Shown here one piece after another: positions 36,199 to 50,889 of a stretch of 64,000 nucleotides of DNA. A model generated the notes under the pieces. That model worked only from the letters and a program-made list of their open reading frames with translations. It was not told where the DNA came from and made no database searches. Location: the NCBI RefSeq assembly GCF_001194135.2, contig NC_068985.1, forward strand, positions 94,701,647-94,765,646, written 5' to 3'. Within the stretch, counting starts at the first letter, position 1, and each line of letters starts with the position of its first letter. Source of the DNA: Octopus bimaculoides (taxonomy: Eukaryota). The position numbers were made by a program, and so were the translations under genes.

Positions 36199-39100
36199 GA
36201 AACTGCAAGATAATATTAAGATTGAAAATAAGAACAACACATGTCAGAACCTCTTAATGTCACAAATCATGTTTATTTATGAAATCCTTTCTATTTTTAC
36301 CAAAAAACTAAAAATCACTACATACTTCAGTAGAAATGCATCCCTAAGAATTGCTGAGGCATGGAGTAACCCACCTGCTTTAGTTGTTAGCTGTCGAGAC
36401 CCTGAATGCTTCCAAGCGTTTATGATTACTGAAATTCGTCAAAAATACGCCTGATTCCCCCACCCACTGTTCTCTCCCTGCGCATATTCTATGTTCATGC
36501 AGTTTTTTAATTTCTTCTGATGAGTAAACCTGATCACTGTATACAGTTCATTATTCTATTTGTAATTAGATTAATAGAAAATAGGAGGAAAAGTTTCACA
36601 GTATCTTGTGACACAGGCACACACGCACAAACCCGAGTACACACGCACAAAACCAAACACACACACGTATACTACGAGTGAATCGATCCATGATATATCT
36701 AACACATTTTCTGTGAATGCCTTACAGCCAAAATATCTGCTAGTTGCAAGTGGGTGCTTTTCAGACATTTATTCATTTACTATTTCTCTGTTTGATTTGG
36801 CAAAGGAATTTTCACGGAAACTTTTATAAAGAGATAAGTGATCTGTGCTAACTCTTTCTGTTATATGTTTCATAGCTTTCTACAAATTGTTACATGGATA
36901 TATATGAAGTAAATCGTGTCGAAAAGCCGGTGTCCCAGAACGTGTTTTACAAATGAAAAGTGTGTGATATGACACCCTCCCCCCCACATACTCACACTCA
37001 CGGCCACGCACACATATATGCACGCACAGACGGCCTTCAGTAGTTAATTTAGTTAACCGATTTCGATCTACACAGGGAGCTTACAAAGTATTTGCTCGTA
37101 TTTTTTTCCCCTTATTTTTGATACACACATATGCGTATGTGTGCGTCTGTGCGTTCGGATGTAGCTATATATAAATGTACATCTGCATATGTATATATAT
37201 ATTCATATGTATTTTTTCATTGTGTATATGTGTGTATATCTGTGCTTGTGTCGGGCATGTAAGTCCAGCGAAGTGTGGGTGTCTATTGAAAGTCAATAGA
37301 ATCTGATTAATGTTGAAGATTTACTATTTTTTTCTAAAAAAAGAAAGTATTAACCCCATTGTTTTAGAGATCTGAAAATTTTGTGTTATTTCTGACCAAT
37401 ATCTAGAAAAGTGAGAATGCAAGCATCAGGTTTTGAGATTTAATGTTGATAAATGCAATAATAACATAAATATCAATAATACTTGGGCTATTTCAAACAT
37501 TTTAAATATTGTCAGTCATAATATTATTTGTTTATTTCGTATCTATCTATGTAATCATTGTTAAATTATTGGTGTTTCATTGATAAAATATTGGCGTTTC
37601 TTTTCTTAGCCTTGCAGTATTAAATATATCACTCGTTGTTTACGTTATACCGTATAACAAAATATACGAAATATAATTATATATTTTTATATAACTCTGG
37701 CACTATTGTATACCCCTCAACATTAATATGCACCGCATGATCCTACCACATAATTCATACCAGAATGCAACGTGGCATATTTCATAGATGTGTCACCTAG
37801 CGTTGCATTTCCACAACGAAAGAGAAATTTCCTCCGTATTCACAAAATACGATAGACTTTGTAGGAAAAATTCCTTCAGATGTTCGTATATTTTCTTATC
37901 ACATAGTCTGAGTGACAATATATACGGCCAAATAAGTTTTCGAATTTTCCGAGTTTTTGAGAATACGATATCTAGAGATATTGGGAACTAATTCGAATTC
38001 GTGGATAAGTGAAGATTCCACTGAAGGTAATTAAGATTCAAATGTAATGGTGCTGAAACCAGATGACAAACGTTACTCTCTTAAGTAGAAGGAACACACT
38101 AGAGAATGAGTCTCTTCCTATCACGCATTATAATGGTAATAATATCACCTGCACGTATGCAGTATTATGATTATGAAGCGTTTTATCCTTAGCTTACTCA
38201 CTCGAGGCTGTTTTGAAATGAATAGCAACAGTAAGCAACAATAATAGTCCATTGTATATCGTTAGGAAACATGAGACATGATGCATTATTTAGCTCTTGG
38301 TAAGATATAGTACATGGTATCAAGATACTTCTCAATCGGAACTTTCAACATATGTGTGACTGTGCGCTCAAAAAGCTTGCATTCTCCTTCTGGGGGTCAG
38401 CTTGGAGAAGTGACCTCTACTGCAACACCCGAGACTAGCAATAATTTGTGAATGAACTTGATCGCCGAAAAGTATGTGGAAGTCCGGTGTGTATACACAG
38501 TATGTTTGTATATATGTATATGTATATAAATATGTGTATNNNNNNNNNNNNNNNNNNNNNNNNNNNNNNNNNNNNNNNNNNNNNNNNNNNNNNNNNNNNN
38601 NNNNNNNNNNNNNNNNNNNNNNNNNNNNNNNNNNNNNNNNNNNNNNNNNNNNNNNNNNNNNNNNNNNNNNNNNNNNNNNNNNNNNNNNNNNNNNNNNNNN
38701 NNNNNNNNNNNNNNNNNNNNNNNNNNNNNNNNNNNNNNNNNNNNNNNNNNNNNNNNNNNNNNNNNNNNNNNNNNNNNNNNNNNNNNNNNNNNNNNNNNNN
38801 NNNNNNNNNNNNNNNNNNNNNNNNNNNNNNNNNNNNNNNNNNNNNNNNNNNNNNNNNNNNNNNNNNNNNNNNNNNNNNNNNNNNNNNNNNNNNNNNNNNN
38901 NNNNNNNNNNNNNNNNNNNNNNNNNNNNNNNNNNNNNNNNNNNNNNNNNNNNNNNNNNNNNNNNNNNNNNNNNNNNNNNNNNNNNNNNNNNNNNNNNNNN
39001 NNNNNNNNNNNNNNNNNNNNNNNNNNNNNNNNNNNNNNNNNNNNNNNNNNNNNNNNNNNNNNNNNNNNNNNNNNNNNNNNNNNNNNNNNNNNNNNNNNNN

Positions 39101-39510
39101 NNNNNNNNNNNNNNNNNNNNNNNNNNNNNNNNNNNNNNNNNNNNNNNNNNNNNNNNNNNNNNNNNNNNNNNNNNNNNNNNNNNNNNNNNNNNNNNNNNNN
39201 NNNNNNNNTATATATATATATATTAATTATAATAAAGGGTAAAAATCATTAATGATTTTACCAAGGGGTCAACGCGGAGATAAAAAGCTGATAGGCGAAT
39301 TTTACAAATATAATAATAATTATATACATAATCATAACAAGGGGTTGGCTATAAACCTCTCCACTCGTTAGAAATAGAAAGTTGTAAAGCGATGTTGGGA
39401 CACACACAACCATACACACACACACACATACACACACACATGCATGCATGCATACATACATACATACATACATACATACATACATACATACATACACACA
39501 TACACACACA

Positions 39511-39657
39511 TATAAACGATTTCTTTCGGTTTCCGTCTATCAAATTCACTCGAGCCTATAGTAGAAGATACTTGTCCAAAATGCGACACAGTGAGACTGA
39601 ACCCGGAACCATGTTGTTTGGAAGCATGTTATAACCACACAACAGCACCTGCACCTA
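39511..39657 (-). mobile_element. SINE family A, 5' half next to (CA)n/(CATA)n
   Basis: tttccgtcta...ctatagtagaagatacttgtccaa...ctgaacccggaaccatg. Confidence 0.75.
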
Positions 39658-39966
39658 TAAAAGACAAAACCGCTAAGAATATATCGATGTGCGACCGAGA
39701 GTAGGGTTCAAATTTACCTGCAAAGATTAGGGCCTTGTTTAATATTTTGAGGGTGTGGAAGCGTAATAGTTCGATACACATAAACACACACACACACACA
39801 CACACATACACACACACACATACACATGCATATATAAGAAAAATAGAAGTTGAATATACACCGAGTATAAAATATTTTTATTGCTATATTTAAAGATTTA
39901 ACCGGTTTCACTCCCTACATCGTCGTTTCAAATAACGCTATATCAACGTTATATAACGCTATATGT

Positions 39967-40070
39967 TCTTCTTCTTCTTCTTCTTCTTCTTCTTCTTCTT
40001 CTTCTTCTTCTTCTTCTTCTTCTTCTTCTTCTTCTTCTTCTTCTTCTTCTTCTTCTCCTTATTATTATTA
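39967..40070. repeat. (TTC)n(TTA)n microsatellite
   Basis: Direct reading. Confidence 0.95.
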
Positions 40071-40622
40071 TGTCGATTACTCTTAGTTCCCTACTTTCTC
40101 CGCTATGACCTCGATAATTTTAGAAACCTTTCAGGAATATAATTCATATGATGGTAAGATTCACTTACTCAATCATATATGTTACATATCGATCATTTGT
40201 CTAGTGAAACGCAAAGGAAATTGATTTTCCTGGAAGAAAATATCTGGCAGGGAGATGGGCAGCCATTTAAACGACACCACCACTGAAGCGATCGCAAATG
40301 CTAAAATAGGACTTGACAGGAGGTGAATTAAGAATGTAATGGAACGTTGATAAACAACACATGCCGTTTAGTTCGGCGCCCTGCCAAATCTATCACTGAA
40401 TTTCTTTCTTTGATTCTTCGAGTGACGACAATCATTTGCTCTCTAATAGCACTGAGGCGATGTTGAGTTACTACCAGCTTTTATAATGCATCTCAGAGGG
40501 CGAAGGTGTGACATTCATTGACACGTCATTGTTGTTAAGTTCTGCTATACGGCTAACAAACAACAATTATTTTTCTCATCTGGTTTAGATAACGCAGCGT
40601 TTACCGAGAATTGATAACATAT

Positions 40623-40667
40623 GATGAATCAACATAGGATGAATCGACATAGGATGAATCGACACAT
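40623..40667. repeat. 15-bp tandem repeat x3 (gatgaatcgacatag)
   Basis: Direct reading. Confidence 0.85.
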
Positions 40668-40969
40668 TAAAGACATCTTGAAGGGAATTGCATATTCATC
40701 TTAGCTGGCTTTCAGTGGTAAACTGTACGAAATCCTCGCAATAGAGTCTGTCCGTAGTTATGCAGATGCAACGTAGAAAAGACAAAAGCAGACAAAAATC
40801 GGACCAGCTAATTCCAAACACATAAAGTCTTTTGAATTTACTAAGTCAGGCACTTATGTTAGAAGCAGCGTTTGAAATACGCTCTGGCATCTTAAGGTAA
40901 AGCATTTTGGGTTTCCCTTTTTCATAGTGCAAGAATACATAAAATTATAGCACATGTCAGTCTACCTAT

Positions 40970-41074
40970 CTGTCTGTCTGTTGGTCTGTCTGTCTGTTGG
41001 TCTGTCTGTCTGTTGGTCTGTCTGTCTGTTGGTCTGTCTGTCTGTTAGTCTGTCTGTCTGTTGGTCTGTCTGTC
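40970..41074. repeat. 16-bp higher-order repeat (gtctgtctgtctgttg)n
   Basis: (GTCT)3+GTTG repeated six to seven times. Confidence 0.85.
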
Positions 41075-41108
41075 TAAGTATATGATAAATATGTATGTGT
41101 ACACATTA

Positions 41109-41323
41109 CGTGGAGGTGCTGAAAAGTTCCTGACTTGGGGTAAAAAAAATACTGGAGTATCAGGCAATTATGATTTTATTCAACATACTCCCTCCCGGAT
41201 TCCCACACTTATTGCAGCTGTGTACTTCAGTTTTTCTTAACTCTCTAAAAGATCTCAGAATGTTGGGCCTCCAGCTAGACCTTTCACAATTGCCTTAAAG
41301 CAAGGAACCTTTCAGCATCCCTC

Positions 41324-41324
<1 letters not shown>
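41109..41324. mobile_element. Mariner-type MITE
   Basis: Imperfect TIRs cgtggaggtgctgaaaagttcctg / caaggaacctttcagcatccctcg, TA on both sides. Confidence 0.75.
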
Positions 41325-41388
<64 letters not shown>

Positions 41389-44300
41389 TAGATAGATACA
41401 TGTCTGCGTGTGTACACACACACACACACACACACACATAGTGAGAGAGTGTGTGTGAAAGACGATTGCAATTTCCATATTTAGATTTTCAAATTCAGTG
41501 CACAGTAAAAGGCCTTTATCGATATAAGCTCTAACTTACGTAAGGAAAAATCCATCTCGTCTACTTAAAACAATTTACCAGAAATATTTCTTGGAGTATA
41601 ATCTATAATAAATAATAGAAAGAACAATTGCTTAAAAATCAAATAACTGTAATTATATTTGCAGTAATTTTAATCAACTTTTGTATGGAATAAGAGGATC
41701 AAGCGAATCTGTCCATTTCGCCAGATGAATACTTTAAAATCTTATTACATTAATTTTCTCCGAGATACATGAAGGCAATTTTCCCGTAATTAGTGACATT
41801 TTTATAGATATAATTGAAATATAAAGAGAACTAATATGTTGTTGATTTAAAAATGATTTTTAAAATGAAAGCTGTGTAAAGAGGAGAATTAGCTAACATT
41901 GGAAAATATTATTGATATTTGCTATAGGTGACAGTTATGTCACTGGAATTATCTAAATTTAAAGTGGAATCTTAAATATAGAGAATACAAAGATTCTTGA
42001 TTTTAAGACTGTAAATATGGTGAATGTAGTTTAAATTTTAAGTCTCGGAAGGCACTTTCTTCAAAGTATTTAATTATCAACTATATGATTTAATTAAGTT
42101 CGAATCATATCGAGAAATATGCTGAGTTAAGTCTTCCCAATGTAAAATATATTTATGGTAGAATACGTGTGAAAATATTTACAGCTGTGTCACGCTTAAA
42201 AAAGAATTTCTTGTTGAATAGAGAACTGTCCTCATTGGCGTATTAGACGGTGAGGGAGAAAGAGAGTTCGCAAGACGGAAAGGGAGAGAGAGAGGGAGAG
42301 AGAGATGGGTGTTTAATGAAAGCTATCAGAGTCAGACTGACGAGATATATGGAACGCTATATACAGCTACAATCACACACCTCTAAACACACAAGTGATA
42401 TATTGTGAAAGTTTTTAGGTTGTATTAATTGTCATGGTGTTATGAGCCGAGATGGTGGTTGATGGAAGTGTTCGGGTTGGCACTGAGAGTGATACAGATG
42501 GAAGAGCAATGAAATTTGGTTATTTTTCATCCGTTTGCTGATTGCATATTAATATAAATAATTGTCATACGCTAGTTATTGATAAGTGAGCAGCTTATAG
42601 ATTTTGATTTTATTTTTTAAAAAATGGCCAGACTAAAGAGTGAATCAAAAAAACAAAATAAAGAACTTGAATAAATCAGGAAGGTGTAAGGTAACGGCGC
42701 ATGGATAAATCACAAGAAATAGAATGGCAGTGGAGATGAGTAAATATACAGGAAATAGAAACATAATCCTCAAGTAGAAACTTAAAAAATTGACATAAAT
42801 ATTCTATTTAATCATTGAAACGTGCTTCGATATATAGATGAACATCTGAATTGCTTAAAAATGAAATAAAACATATCCCTTATCTAGAACACATGAGATG
42901 TTTGGTTTCGTGAAAATAATACGTAATACCATTCTGATATATATATATATANNNNNNNNNNNNNNNNNNNNNNNNNNNNNNNNNNNNNNNNNNNNNNNNN
43001 NNNNNNNNNNNNNNNNNNNNNNNNNNNNNNNNNNNNNNNNNNNNNNNNNNNNNNNNNNNNNNNNNNNNNNNNNNNNNNNNNNNNNNNNNNNNNNNNNNNN
43101 NNNNNNNNNNNNNNNNNNNNNNNNNNNNNNNNNNNNNNNNNNNNNNNNNNNNNNNNNNNNNNNNNNNNNNNNNNNNNNNNNNNNNNNNNNNNNNNNNNNN
43201 NNNNNNNNNNNNNNNNNNNNNNNNNNNNNNNNNNNNNNNNNNNNNNNNNNNNNNNNNNNNNNNNNNNNNNNNNNNNNNNNNNNNNNNNNNNNNNNNNNNN
43301 NNNNNNNNNNNNNNNNNNNNNNNNNNNNNNNNNNNNNNNNNNNNNNNNNNNNNNNNNNNNNNNNNNNNNNNNNNNNNNNNNNNNNNNNNNNNNNNNNNNN
43401 NNNNNNNNNNNNNNNNNNNNNNNNNNNNNNNNNNNNNNNNNNNNNNNNNNNNNNNNNNNNNNNNNNNNNNNNNNNNNNNNNNNNNNNNNNNNNNNNNNNN
43501 NNNNNNNNNNNNNNNNNNNNNNNNNNNNNNNNNNNNNNNNNNNNNNNNNNNNNNNNNNNNNNNNNNNNNNNNNNNNNNNNNNNNNNNNNNNNNNNNNNNN
43601 NNNNNNNNNNNNNNNNATATATAAGATTACGTATTTAATAACATTAAACAGTAAAACACAACCAGTTATCAATTACTGCCGCAGATTCCAAGAGCAAAAC
43701 ACTACAAAAACTGAGAACAGTTCAAACAAAATAATTATACCAAATTTTGAACATGACACTACGATTTTGCGGCTAGGAATACTGGAAAATTTGAATATAC
43801 CTGAAAACATTCTAGAAAATGTGTCACTATTTAGTATGCTCTTACAAACTGAATTAATTTTGCAGCTATTTGAACATTTTGAAATCCTCAAAATGTAATC
43901 CAAATTTGGAAACAAATCGGATCATTTGTAATGCTATTATGAAATGTATAAAGCTATCATTGGTTTCGTCTTAAGCATAGGCCAAGTAGTGTTAACTTAG
44001 TCTTAATTGCATTGAAAGCTTTTTAATGAATGAGGCTCTGACAGGTAAGCGAGTGTTAATATCTATTGCTAATCAGTCACCTATTGATTAACTTAGCATT
44101 TAATTTTACAAATTACCCACTTTCGTGTTAGATTAGCGTATACATTGCCAATGAATAAAAATCGGCGTTAAACACAGTATGATATAGATTGGTGTAACAC
44201 AACCAGCATTCAGTTATAGACATTTAGACGCTGCATTTTCTTCTGCTTAGAAATTAACTGATGTTTTGAGCGACGACAATAGGAAGAAACAAGGAAACAA

Positions 44301-45879
44301 AGCGGGAAAAACTCATTAAGTAGTTTTAGATTAATGGTTCAAACATATGATAACGTTAATTGCGTTATAAAGCTAATGATATGCTAATGAAATAATCATA
44401 CTGATATAATGGTGTAATTATTATAACTTTATTAATTATTTGGTGTTGACGCAAAATAAAAAAAAAAGCAGGATTTCATTTTCTGTACCCACCAAAGTCT
44501 GATAAATTACTTCGATGATATGTGTTATCGTAAGAATGTAGGTTAAAGTAATTGTTGTATTAGGTGCCAACATCAGAAAATTACCATGGGTTCAGGAATA
44601 AATGCATTAATAAATATATACTTTTCGTGTGAGATTGTATGATTAATTAGACGGAAAGGAAAATGAGAAAAGGGCGACAGGATATAAGATTAAAGTACAA
44701 GCTCCGTAATCTCTCACACCCACGCACACACAGTGTGTGTGTGTGTGTGTGTGTGTGCGTGTGTGTGTGAGTGTGTGTGTGTGAGTGTGTGGGTATGTGT
44801 TTAATTAAGTCCAAGTACAATCAAAATGATGAATCCTTTTCTGGCCTTCATTCATAGAATTTTCTAAACATAAAAATTTATGCACTTGTTGCACTTCTGT
44901 GTGCTAATTTATTGCAGATACAGACCTCACATCTTTTCCAGTATTTCAATTTTTTTTTAATATTGTAGAAATAAATTCGTATTATACTATATTTTCAAAT
45001 AATTTTAGATAATATCTACGCGAAAGAAGTAATGACGTCTGTTAGAGACATTTCACTGTATTTCATTCAGTGTTAGAAAATATGAACATCACAAATCCAA
45101 GTTCTCAGATAAAAATAACAAAGTCAGACAATTCAATTTAGACTGTAGTATATATTTTTTTATTAATAAATGAAACAGCCACGTTGAAAATTGAATAATA
45201 TCTGGTACAAAAGCGAAATTGAATAATTTTAGCGATAGTAATAGGAAATATAGGATTCTTTGACAACCGAATTAATGTGAAATCTCTCTTTTCCAGGATT
45301 AGCTTTATGTTTTGCTTTAGTAAAATATACTATTCTTTTTATTAGCCATTGGCTTCTGTAGTAATTTGTCTCATGTGGCTTTACATTGTTTGGAAAAATT
45401 TCTTTTTTCTTTGCACCCAAATGCCTCAAGTACCACTAACCAAGTAACTATTAATTTGGAGAGGAATATATTGCCAATATTCTGAAAGTAATGTGTCTTA
45501 ACATGCAGAAGAATACAATGGGATAAGATTTTATCTTATAATCACGCAGTTTGTAATTCGGGATGTTCCCCTCAAATTTACTGTTTCAACTGACACATCC
45601 TCAGTCACATATTGCATTGTGAAACAGATATAAAGATCATGATGACAACGACAGGCGTCATCGACAAACACTGGAGTAGTGATGAATATATTCAAAGATA
45701 GCTTGATAAGAATGTAATTTTACTTTGGTCGCATTTTTCTGGCTTTAGCAGTGCTCAGATCAATTCAGAATATAAAATGTATTGTAGGAGAACTCGTCAA
45801 TAATTGTATATGTTAAAGTGCGAACTGGTTTGAGCCCCCTCTTTGGTAGCTGGATCACTAAAATGTATAGCTATATCTA

Positions 45880-46095
45880 TTCCGTGTGTGTCAGTGTCTG
45901 TCCAGCCACGATCGCTTGACATCCGATGGTAGTGTGTTTACGTCCCCATAACTTAGCAGTTCGAGCAAAGATATTGATAGAATAAGAGCTAAGAGCTAGG
46001 CTTAGAAAGAATAAGTCCTGGAGTTGATTCTGCTCGACTAAAAGCGTGTGCCCCAGCATGGCTGCAATCAAACGACTGAAACAAGTAAAAGTATC
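45880..46095 (+). mobile_element. SINE family A, 3' half
   Basis: atcgcttgaca...gtgtttacgtcccc...gaataagtcctgg...cagcatggctgca...gactgaaacaagtaaaa. Confidence 0.8.
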
Positions 46096-46098
46096 AGA

Positions 46099-46150
<52 letters not shown>

Positions 46151-46152
<2 letters not shown>

Positions 46153-46295
46153 GATGGGCTTCAACAGTTTCAGTCTAATTTACCTCAGAGTTTATTGGTC
46201 AGCCCGGGAATATAATAGACGATATTTGCGAAAGGTACAGTGGAATTGAATCCGAAATAACGTGTTTAGAAGCGAGCTTTTTAACCACAGAGCTG
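46151..46295 (-). mobile_element. SINE family A, 5' half, degenerate
   Basis: acgatgggcttc..cagtttcagtcta...ttggtcagcccggg..tataatagacga. Confidence 0.6.
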
Positions 46296-46596
46296 ATATT
46301 ATCGTAAATATTACATGGATAACTCAATAAAAATGAGATACGTATATACGCCATGTGCCCATTATGAAACGGAAGATAACCGCATACTAATTGTGTTAGA
46401 TATGTCAATGTTTCATTAAAACGAAAGGTCTAATCTAATCCAATAATCTAGTTTCTGTCCATTTTCATGAGTTTTATAACATATACCAGCTGACCACGTG
46501 CCGTCAATAATGGCGGCTCATTATAGTATTTTATACATGAATAAGATAGAAAATACGGTACATAATAATCGCACATACAAACATTCACATACTTCC

Positions 46597-46642
<46 letters not shown>

Positions 46643-46994
46643 CTCATACAGATTTGAAACGCTGATTTTTTTACACCTTCCTTCCTTATTCATCTATCAA
46701 CCCTTCCTTTCTCTAATTGGTATTACTTTCTCTCACTCAACTTTCAGTTTTATTTCTCTCACTACTTCTCCATCACAGAATTACTATTTTCTCTNNNNNN
46801 NNNNNNNNNNNNNNNNNNNNNNNNNNNNNNNNNNNNNNNNNNNNNNNNNNNNNNNNNNNNNNNNNNNNNNNNNNNNNNNNNNNNNNNNNNNNNNNNNNNN
46901 NNNNNNNNNNNNNNNNNNNNNNNNNNNNNNNNNNNNNNNNNNNNNNNNNNNNNNNNNNNNNNNNNNNNNNNNNNNNNNNNNNNNNNNNNNNNNN

Positions 46995-47025
<31 letters not shown>

Positions 47026-49270
47026 GATATATATATATATGTATATATAAACACTACGCGCTCATTATTATATTAGGAGATATTTGTAGATACATCGTGA
47101 GTTTTTGAAGATTATTTTGTAACGATGATTTGGAAATAACTGAAGAGCCAGGTGAATTCATGTGAATTCATACATGAGTATTTAATTGTTTTAAACAAAA
47201 GTTCAGTGAAATATTTGAAATGAATCTGGCATCTAATCATTTTGTTTAAACTACTTTGTAAATTATATGAATGACATATGTTTATCGTTTCTGGCACTGC
47301 GGTAAGAGTAGTACCGCTCGAAGATGCATCAACGATAATGTTAACTTAGAATGATACAAACCATCGTACGGGGATGGCCTTCACACTTATCAAGATGTCG
47401 TCTTCCGGGTTTATCTGTGCGAGAGTTACTCAAACATATCAATGAGTGCTCCATTTATGTATCCGTGAAAGGGCTGTTGACTCCTTATTTAGTTCATCCA
47501 AACATGTAGATTTGTATTTTCTCTCGATTTTAGAGGGAACCCATCAACGCTACAAAGTTATTGACGGTTCATACACCAACAGACATCCGTAGAAACAGAA
47601 ATGTTATGTATGATTAAAAATAGATTGCTTAATATTTTATAACTTGTCAATGATTATTGCAAACACCACAGTCATTGTATTTCTAAAAAAGGCTTCAATC
47701 TCTCTCTATATAAATTTGACATAGGCGATTCAGTCTTGTCTTGGGATTTACGGTCAAACGGCTGGGTGGAATTGCGCGAAAAAATACACAGATGTGTAGA
47801 ATAATCCAGTGGTGTTGCTGGGCTTTGTATGATTTTAATAGCTCCCATGGTTACCGAGATAATGTACTATAATAATACTCTTGTGCTTATGAATGAGAAT
47901 GGATGGGGTGATAGAGGAATAAGGAAGGACGGGGGTGATGTCATACTTGGTAGTGGGATGATGAAAATTGTACGCTGAAAACAATAAATCAAACAGCGTT
48001 TCAACTCTCTGAATATATGTCTGTCTATGTAAAAGGGGTATGTGAATGCATTTGTGTATGTGCGTGTGTGCGCGTGTGTGTGTGCGCGCAATGGAGGTGG
48101 GATGGTTCATCTTTGTTCGCTTAGTATTTGGGTTTATTTTTTGATTTAGTTGAATCTTGGTTGTTGTTTTTTTTTTGTTGGTCAGTTATTTTTAGCGTTT
48201 TGACAGAAAAAAAGTCGTTCTGAAATTGTTTTTTAACGTAAGCGTGCCCAAACAAGTCGAATGCTTACACAGAGCAGGTTTTATAGCCACATCATCTAAC
48301 CCGACAGGGTGAAACCGGGCTTAACTGCTAGTATGCATATAACAGCGGCAGATGTTATTGCATAGCTTTACTCTAGCTCTGTTCTCTCATATCAATACTA
48401 GAAGTGGAGTCTTATCCAAAACGGCAATCTGAAAAATCCCTTGTCATTCATCAACATTCCAACAGTTTCAACAAGTTAACAACATAACATTTTCCTTTTA
48501 TTTGGTTCAGTCATGTGATTGCGACCATGCTGCAGCACCGCTTTGAAGGCGTTAGACGAATAGTCAGTTACATCAAATTGCAGATCACAAAACAAATAGC
48601 CAAATTATCATCATATCATATAGGCTTACACAAAGGAGGTGTATGAAGTATGATTTAGTCCTGGATATATTAGACTTTAAACAAAACACTGAACAGTCGC
48701 GGTTTGAACAACTTTAGTCATAGTTCGACTTAACCACTCAAACAGAACGAACTGAATAAATATAAAAAAAGTGTGAGCTAAGTCAATTACGTAATCCTTG
48801 GATGATAAGCAAAGAAAACCATAATTCATTATCTATTTGGAGAAATATCTAATAATTCAGAAATAAATAGCTCATATACTTTAAAATCAACCTCTCAACA
48901 TTCATTGTTTGGTTATAAGTAAATGCAGTGTATACATATTGAGAACGAAAGCAGCGAGCAGTATGTATAATTCAAAAAGACACGAGAACGCTAAGACTAA
49001 ATGGCAAATATATAACAATGACATGAAATACATTATACAACATATATGTTTACATATCAAGTATACCACTTTCAGAAATAAGTGGTGAGCATGATGTGAA
49101 TTAAATCTGAATGCAGAGTCAATTACTTTGTCATGCAATTTCACTTCATTAACAAACATGCTATCATCTCAATATTATACAAATTTGAAGACTGGGTTGA
49201 GATGAAATAAGTTCTGTTGTGGAGCTTTATTTGCTAAAGTTATCTTTTAAAGTTAAATTATTTTCATAAT

Positions 49271-49436
49271 AGGTGAAAGTGTGGTTTTTTGGCAAGAGGT
49301 TTGCTTCCCAGCTACAGGGTTCTGTGTTCAGTCCCACTGCGTGGAACCTTGGGAAACTACTTTTTTCTCCTTGCTCGGGCCGACCGAATCTTTGTGAATG
49401 GAATTGGTAGACGGAGGTTGAAATGAACCCGTCGTA
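49271..49436 (+). mobile_element. SINE family A, 5' half followed by (CA)n
   Basis: ttcagtcccactgcgtggaaccttggg...ctcgggccgacc...tggtagacgga...cccgtcg. Confidence 0.75.
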
Positions 49437-49446
49437 TATACATACA

Positions 49447-49494
<48 letters not shown>

Positions 49495-50260
49495 TATATA
49501 TGTGTGTTTGTGGGGATGTCATGTATGTGTGTGTGCGCATTTGCACATACACACACACTCGCATACAAACACAGACGCAAACGCATGATAATGCTAATAC
49601 AATAGCATGAACAGTATAAACTATGCATATATTGCAGAAAAATTCGTTACCGGCCAGCCATGAGACTGGAAGAAGTGCTTAAATTTATGCTTCATATCAT
49701 CTACATCTATCTAAATTTTTCTCTCTTTCTGTGTGTGTAAATTATAATCATTTGCGTAGATAGTGAAACAGTGAAGAGTATCTGTAAACTAGAATAGTTA
49801 AAAAAGTGTTAGGTGAGATAACAGATACAGGAGACATAGATTATATATGACCAGAGAGGGTTAAAAAGAGGCTATATTGAAAAGAAGCGGTGCTGGGGTC
49901 TGTAGCAAACTACTTCTGAAAATCACAAGATTTCGTAACTTATATGAAATGTGAAATCGCTTTTGTTACTCCATGCACATTGTATGATTTAGTCACGTTC
50001 AAAGCATTTAAACTAATTGAAAGGTTAAAACAATAAAGTATATTAAATCTACAGTAAACTTTATAAGTGGAAAACTTTAATGTGTTAAATGGTTTGAATT
50101 AACCCTATTAAATATTCGCCTAATGGTATAATTTGGGAGTACAATCACTAAAGTATAAAATCATTTATATACGTGTCAAGTAACTTAATTTAGGGAAACA
50201 AGAATATGTAAGCATATATATGTGTGCTTAGAACATACTTAGACAATATATCACAAATCG

Positions 50261-50410
50261 AAAGGCAGCGAGAGGCCTGAATCAGTATAGACGACGGGCA
50301 ATGATGCTTAGAGGAATTCTATCTGTCTTTACGTTCCGAGTTCAAATTCCGCCGGGCTCGACTATGTCCGTCATTAAACAATTTTTGGTGTACTTGTATT
50401 TTGAAACTAT
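50261..50410 (+). mobile_element. SINE family B, 5' part, degenerate
   Basis: aaaggcagcgag...gtctttacgttccgagttcaaattccgccg. Confidence 0.6.
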
Positions 50411-50527
50411 TATACGGACATTACTTCCCACTAATATTATTTGTCCCATTTCCCTGTTTGCTATCGTGTTGTGCAGATTCTTTCTCACAATGGTAAGAAA
50501 AATACTTCCAGTTACACACACACACAC

Positions 50528-50561
<34 letters not shown>

Positions 50562-50813
50562 NNNNNNNNNNNNNNNNNNNNNNNNNNNNNNNNNNNNNNN
50601 NNNNNNNNNNNNNNNNNNNNNNNNNNNNNNNNNNNNNNNNNNNNATATATATATATATATATATATATATAGGTAGTTTTTTCCTGTCCCTCGTTTCATC
50701 GTCTATCTGTCTGGATGTTTTATTGTCTTCTGTTGCGTTCTTGTTCCACTTTTGGGATTTATATATGCATTTAGCGGTGCACGTACACATTGCTTACCTG
50801 ATATATCTATCTG

Positions 50814-50849
<36 letters not shown>

Positions 50850-50889
50850 GCGAGAATTCACAAAAAAAAAACAAAGAAAAAAAAACAAA

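Noticed and set aside
36375-36428. 54-nt minus-strand exon candidate (IINAWKHSGSRQLTTKA)
   Set aside because: Mediocre donor (GTGGGT), unrecognised peptide, expected by chance.
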